The position numbers and the translations under genes are program-made. 20,000 nucleotides of DNA, from NCBI GenBank assembly GCA_038087875.1, contig JAXLNO010000650.1:53745-73744 (forward strand), given 5' to 3'. Origin of the DNA: Malacoraja senta (taxonomy: Eukaryota). Shown in pieces: positions 8,052 through 18,609 of the stretch. The first letter of the stretch is position 1. Each line of letters opens with the position of its first letter. The notes under the pieces are model-generated. The model was not told the origin of the DNA. It did not search any database and saw only the letters and a list, made by a program, of their open reading frames with translations.

Positions 8052-8840
8052 CAACAGACCACACAGTCTGTTCGAATTGACAAAAACACTTCTTCCTCAA
8101 TAACAATCAGTACGGGAGCACCTCAAGGCTGTGTGCTCAGCCCCCTGCTCTATACTCACTAATGCATAGTGCAAACTCCATCTTCAAGTTCACCAATGAC
8201 ACCACCGTTGTTGGACGAATTACAGATGGTGATGAGTCAGAGTATGGAATTGAGATTAATTAACTGACCAAATGTTGCCAGCACAACAACCTTGCTCTCA
8301 ATGTTAGTAAGACCAAGGAACTGATTGTGGACTTTGGAAGAGGAAGGCTAAGGACCCACAAACCTGTCCATATTGACGGGACGATGGTGGAGAGAGTAAA
8401 AAGTTTCAAATTCCTGGGCGTGCATATTTCAGAAGATCTTTCCTAGACCCAGCACACTGATTCGGTATGTCAGAGAGGATTCTATAGAACTTCTCCCAGG
8501 TGTACAGTGCAGTGCATATTGACTGGTTGCATCATGGCCTGGTTCGGCAACTTGAATGCCCAGGAGCAAAGAAGACTGCAAAATGTTGTGAACACTGCCC
8601 AGTCCACAACGGGTTCTGACTTCCCCACAATCGAAGGGATTTACTAGAGTCGCTGCCTCAAAAAGACAGCCAGCATCATCAGAGACCCACACCACCCTGG
8701 CCACAAACCCATTTTACCCCTGCCATCGGGAAGGTACAGAAGCCTGAAAACTAACGTCCAGGTTCAGGAACAGCTTCTTCCCTTCAGCCATCAGACTATT
8801 AAACACTTCAACCTCAAATAGGCTCTGAACTACATAGACT
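8052..8840 (+). mobile_element. Rex1/Babar-type LINE RT fragment in COX19 intron 1
   Basis: Translates to ISTGAPQGCVLSPLLY, IFKFTNDTTVVGRITDGDESEY, NNLALNVSKTKELIVDF, VERVKSFKFLGVHISEDLS and RFRNSFFPSAIRLLN, all typical of Rex1/Babar; frameshifted. Confidence 0.85.
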
Positions 8841-8877
8841 ATTATTGTTATTATTGCACTATTATTGTTTGTTTTTT

Positions 8878-8878
8878 A

Positions 8879-8935
<57 letters not shown>
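8878..8935. repeat. Compound microsatellite (TG)n(TA)n(CA)n
   Basis: Direct reading; lies at the tail of the Rex1 fragment in intron 1. Confidence 0.95.
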
Positions 8936-8936
<1 letters not shown>

Positions 8937-9078
8937 AAAAAACACTCTTGACCCGAAATGTTACCTATCCGTGTTCTCCAGAGATGTTGCCTGTCCTGCT
9001 GAGCTACTCCAGCACTTTGTGACTGAACATCTTTAATACCTGATGCTTTAACCAAACGTATTTCTCGCAATTTTGCAG

Positions 9079-9190
9079 GTGAATGCAAAGAATTTAAAGA
9101 GATATTTATGAGTTGTCTTAAGGAGAGTAAGTTTGACAGCTCTTTGTGCAGAGAACAATCCATGGACTATTTGAAATGCAGAATGGACAG
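9079..9190 (+). CDS. COX19: COX19 coding exon 2 (twin CX9C / CHCH domain)
   Basis: Acceptor ttttgcAG at 9077-9078 and donor AG|GTATAG at 9191; 112 nt. Encodes (G)ECKEFKEIFMSCLKESKFDSSLCREQSMDYLKCRMD(R), with two CX9C motifs, in frame with exon 1. Confidence 0.97.
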
Positions 9191-9756
9191 GTATAGTAAT
9201 GCAACCTTAGTGAAAGTTACTTGATTTTATCAAACCATAAATAATTTAGCACATGTGATTACAAAAATATATAAACACAATACAGAAACATTCTGAGGGA
9301 CAGGATTAATCTATAGAGGTAGTCCATTAGGCTTCCATTCTGATATTTTTGTGTTTTTTAATTCTCCATAAATTAGAAATTAACAATTTTAGTGAGAGTC
9401 GATTAACAGTAATGTTTATTTCTTGTCTTCTGTGTAGATACAATGGTTCATTGTCAGAATGTCCCACATCCAATGCTTAATTTTGGTTACATTGTTGCTT
9501 TAGGATGGAAAAAAAAACTAGAGGGCATGGCTTTAAGGTGAGATGGACAAAGTTTAAATGCGAGTTTTTTCTTAACAGACAATGGTATCTGCTTGATTGC
9601 TGTGGGGAGATTACAAAGTCATAAATCTATTCAACACAGAAAATTGCCTCATCAAACCAGTGCTGCTTGCTTGCGCCTGGTCCATATCCCTCCAAATTTT
9701 CTGTATCCAAGCACCTATCTTTTAAATGTCATAATTGTACATGCCTTTAGATTTCC

Positions 9757-10190
9757 TTAGTTTACTTTACTTTAAAGATACAGCGCGGAAACAGGGTGTT
9801 CGGCCCACCGAGTCCGCGCCAACCAACGATTCCTGTTAAATAATACACGTTACACACTAGGGACAATATACAATTTTTACCGAAGCCAATTAACCTACAA
9901 ACCAAGACAATAGATGCAGGCAATAGGTGCAGGAGTAGGCCATTCAGTCCATCGAGCTAGAACCGCCATTCAATGTGATCATGGCTGATTAGTTCCCTGT
10001 TCGTGCTTTCTCCCCACATCCCCTGACTCTGCTATCTTTAAGAGCTCTATCTAACTCTTGAAAGCATCCAGAGAACCGGCCTGAGACAGAGAATGTATTG
10101 ACTTCGTACAGACAGCACCCTTAGTCAGGATTGAATCCGCGTCTCTAGCGCTGTAAGGCTGCAACTCTACCGCTGCACCACCGTGCCGCC
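9757..10190 (-). mobile_element. tRNA-derived SINE (HE1/V-SINE-like), interrupted by a CR1 3' end at about 9905-10095, in COX19 intron 2
   Basis: Minus-strand head GGCGGCACGGTGGTGCAGCGGTAGAG (A box) and GGATTCAATCC (B box); body GGTTAATTGGCTTCGGTAAA..ATTGTCCCTAGTG; CR1-like tail. Confidence 0.82.
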
Positions 10191-10337
10191 TTCTGGCAGT
10201 TTATTTCATTTACGCACAATCCCTGTGTGGAAAAAGTTGCCCCTTGGGTCCCTTTCCTTCTCACCTTAAACCTAGGCCTTCTGGTTTTGGACATGCCTAC
10301 CCTGGAGTTGAACGTTTGATTTTGTTTTCTTGTCCAG

Positions 10338-10431
10338 ACAGTTGATGACCAAAGAGCCTCTGCAAAAACTGGGCTTCAAAGATCTTGTGGATGATAAGTC
10401 AGCAGAACTGCATCAGCAGACAGATACATAA
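10338..10431 (+). CDS. COX19: COX19 coding exon 3 (to stop codon)
   Basis: Acceptor tttgttttcttgtccAG ending 10337. Encodes (R)QLMTKEPLQKLGFKDLVDDKSAELHQQTDT* with TAA at 10429-10431, matching the COX19 LM..EPL.KLGF.DL motif. Total CDS is 82+112+94=288 nt, or 95 aa. Confidence 0.96.
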
Positions 10432-10523
10432 CTGGAGCATAGACTATTATATCTACAAATTGAACTAAAGATGGGGCTTCTTCCATAGCAATTCTGTATA
10501 TATTGTAAAATATGGTTCTGTAC

Positions 10524-10541
10524 AATAAACGAGCGATTAAA
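10524..10541 (+). terminator. Probable COX19 polyadenylation signals
   Basis: AATAAA at 10524-10529 and ATTAAA at 10536-10541, about 95 nt after the stop codon, followed by T/GT-rich sequence and then repeat DNA. Confidence 0.7.
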
Positions 10542-10579
10542 GAGTTTAAAAAAATAATAATAGTTTGTCTCATTTTAAT

Positions 10580-11895
10580 CATTGTATCATTATAAAATCA
10601 TATAGCACGGAGCAGGTCCTTCTGCCCAACTTGTCCATGATGCCCCATCTACAATAGTCCCACCTGCCTGTGTTTAGCTTGTATTCCTTGAAACCTTCCC
10701 TAACCAAGTGCCTCTCCAAATGGCATTTAAATGTTATAGTATCTGCCTCAACTATCCCCTCTAGGTTGCTCATATACCCACCACCATTATCTTTTCTATG
10801 TATTTATTTCTTAAACCCCTGCCATTAGTATCATCCATTGTAACTTATTGATTAGACATCTTCCCTGGTAGAGTATTTGGATATGGAATAAGCTGCAATA
10901 TAGAACAGTACAGCACAGGTCCTTTGGCCCACAGGGTTTATGCTGAACATGACGCCAATTTTGTTTGCCTGCATATGATCCATATCCCTCCATTCCTATA
11001 TAAAAGCCTATTGAATGCCACCATCAACCCTGGCAGCGTGTTCCAGTCATCCACTATGTTAAAAAAAACTTGCCCTGCACATCTCCTTTAACCTTTCTCC
11101 CCCTGACCTTAAAGCTATGTCCTGTGATATTTAACATTTTCTTCCAGGGAAAAAGGTTCTGACTTTACCTTATCAATGCTTTTCACAACTTCCACTACCC
11201 TCTAATGCAGACAGCATTCTGCTAAACCACTTCTGCACACTCCATAGCCTTCACACCCATTGTCATCAGGGTTCTGAATGGTACTTTCATAAGCTAGGGT
11301 ATACTGTCTGATTCACCTTTACCTCATTACAGACATTGGACTGCCTATGTCACTGATGTGCTACAATGCTGAGAACTATATTCTGCACTCTACTCCTTTG
11401 CTCTATCGTACTTGAGTTTGATTTGAGTGCATTTGTGAATAGTGTTATCAGATCTATTTCATAAGTTCTAGGAGCAGAATTAGGCCATTCGGCCCATCAA
11501 GTCCACTCCGCCATTCAATCATGGCTGAACTATCTTTCCCTCTTAATCCCATTCCCCTGCCTTCTCCCCATAACCCCAGACACCCGTGCTAATCAAGAAT
11601 GGATGAAATGCAGAGCAATATGCCTGAATTTGGCCCATATTGTTCCAAAGTTTTCCTTTTCACTTACCTGCCAAACGTCTTTTAAACATTCATTGTATCT
11701 AACTCCATCACTTCCTCTGGCAACTCATTCCATATAATCACCACCCTCTGAAAAACCTGCCCCGTTTTCCCCTTTCACCTTAACCCTACGGTTTTAGATA
11801 AACCCTTCCTGGAGAAAAAATATATCTATGCCCCTCATGGTTTTTATATCTCTCTGTAAGATCACCCTTTATCCTCCTTCACCCCAGGGAAAACA
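10580..11895 (-). mobile_element. Cluster of several decayed CR1 3'-end fragments downstream of COX19
   Basis: Recurring CR1 3' motifs (CAGGTCCTT..GCCCA, CCTCTGGCA, CACCACCCTCTG, TTAGGCCATTCGGCCCATCAAGTC) near 10600-10790, 10900-11250, 11460-11600 and 11620-11895. Confidence 0.7.
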
Positions 11896-11899
11896 AGAG

Positions 11900-12510
11900 T
11901 CACGTCAAGAGAGTTTTATTGTCACGTGTCCCAGATAGGACAATGAAATTCTTGCTTGCTGCAGCACAACAGAGTATGTAAACAATACAGAACAAGAGAT
12001 AAAAGTTCAGTGTGTCTATATACCATAGACCATATATATACACACAATAAATAAACAGATAAAGTGCAATAGGCAGTTATTGTTCAGAGTTTGTTTGATG
12101 GTGAGTTTAATAGTCTGATGGCTGTGTTCCTGAACCTGGATGTTCCAGATTTCAAGCTCCTGTACCTTCTTCCCGATGCAACGGAGAGATGAGTGTGGCC
12201 AGGATGGTCTGGGTCTTTGATGATGTTGGCAGCCTTTTTGAGGCAGTGACTGCGATAGATCCCTTTGATGGTGGGGAGGTCAGAGCTGATGATGGACTGG
12301 GCAGTGATCACAACTTTCTGCAATCTTTTCCGCTCCTGGACGTTGGTTACCGAACCAAGCCATGATGCAACCAGTCAGTATGCTCTGCACAGTGCACCTG
12401 TAGAAGCTAGAGAGAGTCCTCCTTGACATACCGACTCTCCGTAATCTTCTCAGGAAGTAGAGGCGCTGATGTGCCTTCTTTATGATTGCATCAGTGTGCT
12501 GGGACCAGGA
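11900..12510 (-). mobile_element. Rex1/Babar-type LINE 3' fragment
   Basis: QKVVITAQSIISSDLPTIKGIYRSHCLKKAANIIKDPDHPGH...SGRRYRSLK...RFRN.AIRLLN; homologous to 8500-8810 in opposite orientation. Confidence 0.85.
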
Positions 12511-12766
12511 ACACCCCCTGCCTATCTAGTCTCTCCTATTAACTTGGGTCCTGGCGACGTCCTTGTGAATCTTTCCTGCACCTTCTCCAGCTAATAGTGA
12601 GGCTCTGGATTTGGATCAACCCATAGTTTGATGTCTGGCCATACTTGTTATTATCTGGATCGGAGATGCAAGTTGAACGGGATGGTTGGGGTGGTGGGAA
12701 CGGCAGGTTTTGGGACAAGTTGCTGCAGGTGCTCAGTGCCCAGGAGACGTATGCGGAGGTGGTCGC

Positions 12767-12826
12767 CCAGGCCTGAGCCTGCTTAGATTCTAAGATCGAA
12801 TGAGATCGGGCATTTTCAAGCTAGTA
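12767..12826 (-). pseudogene. 5S rRNA-derived fragment (approximately nt 12-71 of 5S)
   Basis: Minus strand reads TACTAGCTTGAAAATGCCCGATCTCATTCGATCTTAGAATCTAAGCAGGCTCAGGCCTGG. It aligns without gaps to recalled vertebrate 5S TACCACCCTGAACGCGCCCGATCTCGTCTGATCTCGGAAGCTAAGCAGGGTCGGGCCTGG, about 46/60 by hand count. The 5' end and box C are missing. Confidence 0.85.
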
Positions 12827-13429
12827 CTTCACCTTTCACAAGAAGAGGGTGGGGAAGGTATGAGCTGGAAAAATTGAAGCAGTGGGTGTGAAATCAATGT
12901 GGACCAAAACACAACACTTCGCTCTACGTATACAGCAATCACTTTCACTCGCACAAATTAACGACAATTTTGAACTTCTTGTCTTTGCGTGCAATATTTT
13001 GTAGATCCCCACCCATATTTTTGTCACACCTATCACATTTTTCCTCTGTGTCCCTAAATATAAACCAGTCCAACTTGCTTTTATCATTGAAGTAAATTTA
13101 CAATTTCCATTGCATTGAAGGAGGTGTGGATAGAGAGGGCTGTTCCCACCACCCTACCCTCCCCATTTGCAAAACTAGGCCATATGTGGTCTGGTTTCTC
13201 ACTCTTCAGATCTTTAAGTTCATCTGTTGGTTTAGTGTTTATCTGAACAGTGGGACCTTTTGGCATTCAGTTCCAGTCAAAGGAACGTGACTGAAAGCTG
13301 ACAAATCACCTGGGGCTGGTTATCTTCACCCAGGGAAGTGAAAGTATCCTGGAATCAGGGTGGAAGGGTCTCGACCTGAAACGTCCATCAGGCTTGTTTT
13401 AACGCTGCAAGAAGAAAAGACTTTAATAA

Positions 13430-13832
13430 GAGCATTTGAGAGCATTGGGCCTCTACTTGCTGGAGTTTAGAAGGTTGAGGTGGGACCTCATTAAAACTTA
13501 TAGAATAATGAAAGGCATAGATAGAGTGGATGTGGAAAGGATATTTCCACTGTTCGGAGAGTCTAGGACCAGAGGTCATAGCCTCAGAATTAAAGGGTGC
13601 ACTTTTAGAATGGAGGTGTGGAGGAACTTCTTTAGTCAGAGGGTAGTTAATCTGTAGGGCTGTTGAGGCCAAATCAGTGGATATTTTTAAGGCAGAGATA
13701 GATACATTCTTGATTAGTATGGGCGTCAAGGGTTATGGGGAGAAGGCAGGATATAAGGAAGCAGAGATCAGCCTTGATTTAATGGCGGAGTAGGCTCAAT
13801 GGGCCGAATTGCCTAATTCTACTCCTAGAACG
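13430..13832 (+). mobile_element. CR1 LINE 3' fragment
   Basis: ALGLYLLEFRRLRWDLIKTYRIMKGIDRVDVERIFPLFGESRTRGHSLRIKG, followed by a 3' UTR ending AATTCTACTCCTAGAAC. Confidence 0.9.
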
Positions 13833-14115
13833 TGGGAACTTGTGAACTGTACAAAGAACTTTTGAAAATTTGTTGGCACCATAAATCTGGCGACTATTTG
13901 TGTACTGCCTGGTGAAGTCTGCTGTTTTAATTTTACCAGATTGTATGCAAAAACAATTAATTTCATTGTACCTAGGTGCATGTGACAATAAAGTATAATT
14001 GAATCATTGCATTGAATCATTGAGCAATGCTACCTGTAACTCCAGATTTGTCTCCCTGATCATGCTGCAAGACACATTTCTTCGTACGACCATAAGCTAT
14101 CTTTTTTCCATATAC

Positions 14116-14448
14116 TGGCGGCCACATTTGCGCAGCTTGTAGAACCGTTGCCTCACTGCGCCAGAGACCCGGTCTGTATGGAGTTTGCATGCTCTCCCTG
14201 TGACTGCCTGGGTTTCCTCCAAGTGCTCTGGTTTCCTTCCACATTCCAAAGACATGCAGGTTTATAGGTTAATTGGTTTCTGTAAATTGTCCCTAGTGTG
14301 TAGGAGAATGGTAGAATCTGTGGGCGATTGAAAAGGAAATGGAGAGAATAAAGTTGGATTAGATTAGTGCAGTATTAGTGTAAATTAGTTTTTGATGGTC
14401 AGCGTGGATTCGAGGGGCCAAAGGGCCATTTCCATGCTGTATCACAAT
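14116..14448 (+). mobile_element. tRNA-derived SINE (HE1/V-SINE-like)
   Basis: GTAGA..CGTTGCCTCAC.GCGCCAGAGACCCGG head; V-domain-like TGTATGGAGTTTGCATGCTCTCCCTGTGACTGC.TGGGTTTCCTCC..GTGCTCTGGTTTCC.TCCACATTCCAAAGAC; CR1-like tail. Confidence 0.85.
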
Positions 14449-15679
14449 ACAGCAATATTGATGAAAATAAAAGAGAAGATATACACAAAAAGCTGAAGTA
14501 ACTCAGCGGGACAAGCAGCATCTCTGGAGAGAAGGAATGGGTGATGTTTCGGGTCGAGACCCTTCTTCCTTGACGAGAATAAATTGGCTCCACATGCAAT
14601 GCACGTGATGTAATGACCTTATTGATTGGGTTCCACATTGATTGGAGTCCATTGGTATATTGAAAGGTATAATCAACTTGAGTCCCTTTTTCTATGTCAG
14701 AAAACGTGTCTCACAGTTTTCTGATACAAAAGTGTTTGCTCGCGACAAAAAAGATGCAATCATATCGGGTTATTTGAATGAGTGACAGTGGGTTGCAAGG
14801 TAATGTGAAACCACATCATCAGGTGAATGTTTACTGCTTGGTTATTACAGTGTAACTGGTATCACCGCAAGGTTATAGCACAGAAGGAGGCCATTCAGTC
14901 CATCATGTCAATGCCGGATTTCTACCAGTCACTGAAAATCTATCCATTGGCTCTTAGTTTAGTTTGGTTTATCGTTACATATACTGACCGATGTAAAGTG
15001 AAATTTAGTTTAGTTTAGTTTTGAGATACAGTGCGGAAACAGCCAGCATCTAGATTCCGACTATCTGCTGCATGAGAAGTTTTTCCTCATTTCATTCTTA
15101 ATTCTCATCTTTATTTTGTACATGTGACATCTCCATCAAAAGGTACATCCTCCCACCATCCAGTCCAATCTCCAATCTCATGAACCTCCCCAATATTTTC
15201 ACATATTTTATATAATACGGTGACCAGAAATGAACTGAGAAAGTCCAGCTGAGACTGGTCCAATGTATTACAAAGGTCTAGTATGATTTTCTTATTTTTG
15301 TACATATATGTCTCTATTGATTGAGCCCTGAATTGTGCATGCCTTATCAACTATTCTTTCAAGATGTCTGACTTTTGGTTATTCTCATGTGTACCGAGGT
15401 GCAGGGAAAAGCGTTTGTTCTGTGCTAACCAATCAGCTGAAATACATTACATGATTACAACCGAGTAGTCCACAGTATACAGATACAGGATAAAGGAAAT
15501 AGTGCAAATAACATTTAGTGCCAGATAAAGCCAGTGAAGTCCAATCAAAGATAGTCTGAGGGTCTCCAATGAGGTAGAAAGTAGTTCTATACTAGGATTT
15601 TTTTCCCTCTTTCTTATTTTTGCATACAAATTCCTTTCACCATATCTCTCCCTCTCCCACCCTCTCTGTAAGATCATAA

Positions 15680-16903
15680 GGTCATAAGTGATGGCAGTAG
15701 AATTAGGCCATTCGGCCCATCAAGTCTACGTCATTCAATCATGGCTGATCTATCTCTCCCTCCTAACCCCATTCCCCTGTCTTCTCCCCATAACCTCTGA
15801 CACTTGCACTAATCAAGAATCTATCTATCTTTGCCTTAAAAATATCAACTGACTTGGCCTCTACAGCCTTCCGTGGCAAATAATTCCACAGATTCATCAC
15901 CCTCTGACTAAAGAAATTTCTCCTCAACACCTTCCTAAAATAATGTCCTTTAATTCTGAGGCTATGACCTCTAGTCCTAGACTCTTCCACTAGTGGAAAC
16001 ATCCTCTCCACATCCACTCTATCCAAGCCTTTCATTATTCTGTATATTTCATGAGGTTCCCCCTCATTCTTCTCGACTTTGAGTCCTGAAAAGCGCTATA
16101 TAAATAAAATCTATTATTATTATTATTATTAAACTCCAGTGAGTACAGGCCCAGTGCCAACAAACGCTCATAGGTTAACCTACTCATTCCTGGTATCGTT
16201 CTTGTAAACCTCTGGACCCTCTCCAGCGCCAACACATCCTTGCTCAGATATGGTGCTCACAATTGCTCACAATATTTCAAATGTAGCCTTACCAGCACCT
16301 TATAGAGCCTCAGTATTACATCCCTGTTTTTGTACACAAGCCCTCTTGAAATAAATGCTAGTATTGAGTTTGCTTTCTTTACTATCAATTTGACTAGCAG
16401 ATTAACTTTTTGGGAATCCTTTACCAGCACTCCCAAGTCCCTTTGCACCTCCGATTTCTGGATTCTCTCCCCATTTAGAAATAGTCTACCCTTTTATTCC
16501 TACCACCAAAATGCATGACTCCACACTTTGCCACACTTTCTTCCATCTGCCACTTCTCTGCCCACTCTCCCATCCTGTCCAGGTTCTTCTGCAGAGTCCC
16601 TGCTTTCTCTACACTACCTGCTCATCCACCTATTTTCGTATCATCTGCAAACTTGGCCCCAAAGCCTTCAACCCACTCGTCCAAATCATTCATATACAAC
16701 ATGAAGAGTTGTGGAGCCAGCACCGATCCCTGCGGAACTCCGCTAGTCACTGGCAGCCAAGCAGAAAAAGCCCCCTTTATTGCCACTCTGTGTCTTATGC
16801 CATCCAGCCAACCAGCTATCTATGCTAGTATCTGCCCTTTGATACCGTGGGCTCTCATCTTCTTTAGCAGCTTCTCATGTGACACCTTATTAAAGGCTTT
16901 CTG
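15680..16903 (-). mobile_element. Degenerate CR1 LINE, 3' ~1.2 kb with frameshifts
   Basis: Broken ORFs carry QRDLGVLV..SQKV, LALERVQRFTR and GLDRVDVERMFPLV.ESRTRGHSLRIKG. The 3' UTR and tail are near 15680-15760. Confidence 0.9.
16074..16129 (+). mobile_element. Very short 3'-terminal retroposon insertion (L2-like tail) inside a CR1
   Basis: CGACTTTGAG..GAAAAGCGCTATATAAATAAAAT.(TAT)n interrupts the CR1 motif CATTCTTCT|AAACTCCAG, which is intact at 19248-19264. Confidence 0.7.
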
Positions 16904-17099
16904 AGCTAAGAAAAGCTAAAACTAACCTGCTCTCTGTTCTTCCCCAGTTCTGGAGAAGAGGTTAGAATCCTGCTCGCCCCTCCACAGATGTTGCCTGACC
17001 TGCTGAACATTTCCAGAATGTTAGATTTTTCTGCATTTACTTAACGACTAAACACCCCCTGAAGGGTTTAGGATTCAAAGATTTCCTCGATATTCAATC

Positions 17100-17432
17100 A
17101 GTGAGGGTTGTTGTGAGGCTAGACAGAAACATTATTTCCCAGGGTGGAATAATCAAGAACTAGAGGTCAAATGTTAAGGTGAGAGAGAAAAAGTTTAAAG
17201 GAGAAAGTTTTGTTACACTGAGAATGGTGGGAGCCTGGAAAATGCTGCTAGGGGTGGTGTTCTGGCAGATACAATAGTGGCATTTAAGAGGCTTTTAGAT
17301 CGGCAGGTGGATATGCAAGGAATGGAACGATATGGATCATGTGCAGGCAGAATAGATTACTTTGTCTTGGCATCAAGTTCGGTATGGACATTGTGGGCCG
17401 ATGGGCCTGATCCTGTGCTGTACTATTCTATG
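17100..17432 (+). mobile_element. Old CR1 3'-end fragment
   Basis: Degenerate match to CR1 3' motifs (ACTAGAGGTCA..TTAAGGTGAGAG; AFKRLLDR) and to the 3' UTR GGGCCGA.GGGCCTG.TCCTGTGCTGTA. Confidence 0.7.
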
Positions 17433-17609
17433 TGTAGAAAGGAGATGCAGATGTTGGTTTATACCGAAGATAGACACAAAGCACTGGAGTAACTCAGTGG
17501 GTCAGGTAGCATCACTGGAGAAAAAGGATGGGTGGTGTTACGGGTCGGGGCCCTTCTATGTTCTATGTTCTACGCTCTATGCTCCAAGTAAGAGGGGTGC
17601 CAATACATC

Positions 17610-17876
17610 CCAGGAGTTGCCAGGACTCGATGGTCTGAGCTACAGGGAGAGGTTGAGCATGCTGGTTCTCTATTCCTTGGAGCGCTGGAGGATGAGGGGA
17701 GATCTTATAGAGGTGTACAAAATCATGAGATGAGTAGATCTGGTGAACACACGGATTCCCTTGCACAGAATAGGAAAATTGAGAAATGGATGATAGACGT
17801 TTAAGGTGAGTGGGAAGAGATTTAATAGGAATCTAAGGGGTAACTTTTTCACACATTGTGTGGTGGGTGTATGGAA
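17610..17876 (+). mobile_element. CR1 LINE fragment (host of nested insertions; resumes at 18566-18609)
   Basis: LPGLDGLSYRERL..L.LYSLER.RMRGDLIEVYKIM. The sequence ...GGTGTATGGAACA continues as GAACAAGCTGCCAGAGGAGGTAATTG at 18566; compare the uninterrupted copy near 5654-5690. Confidence 0.85.
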
Positions 17877-18564
17877 CATAGAAACATGGAAAATAGGTGC
17901 AGGAGTAGGCCTTAGAGCCAGCACCGCTATTCAATATGATCATGACTGATCATCCAAAATCAGTACCCCGTTCCTGCTTTTTCCTCATATCTCTTGATTC
18001 CGTAAGCCCTAGGAGCTAAATCTAACTTTCTCTTGAAAACAGCAAGTGAATTGGCCTCCACTGCCTGCTGTGGCAGAGAATTCCACAAATTCACAACCCT
18101 CTAGCTGAAAAGATTTTTCCTTAGCTCAGTCCCAAATGGCCTAACCCTTATTCTTAAACTGTAACCCCTGGTTCTGGACTCCCCCAACATTGGGAACATT
18201 TTTCCTTCATCCAGCATGTCCAATCCCTGAAGAATGTTATATGTTTTTATAAGATCCCCTCTTATCCGTCTAAATTCCAGTTAATATAAGCCCAGTCGAC
18301 CCATTCTTTCATCATATGTCAGTCCGGCCATCCCTGGAATTAACCAGGTGAACCTATGCTGCACCTCCTCAATAGCAAGAATGTTCAATGTCCTTCCTCA
18401 AATTAGGAGACCAAAACTGCACACAATACTCCAAGTGTGGACTCACCAGGGTCCTGTACAACTGCAGTAGGACCTCCTTGCTCCTAAACTCAAATCCTCT
18501 AGCAATGAAGGCCAACATGCTATTAGCTTTCTGCACTGCATGTTGTATCTGAATGCTTACTTCA
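17877..18564 (-). mobile_element. CR1 LINE fragment inserted into an older + strand CR1
   Basis: [44 protein letters not shown] in the ORF track; tail CATAGAAACATGGAAA at 17877. Confidence 0.88.
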
Positions 18565-18609
18565 TGAACAAGCTGCCAGAGGAGGTAATTGAAACAAGTA
18601 CTATCACAA

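Noticed and set aside
10120..10190. tRNA gene
   Set aside because: The A and B boxes continue directly into the SINE body, so this is the tRNA-derived SINE head rather than a tRNA.
12830..13340. Exons of a neighbouring gene such as ADAP1, which flanks COX19 in mammals
   Set aside because: No recognisable ADAP1 or other coding sequence or splice-bounded frame was found in this unique stretch.
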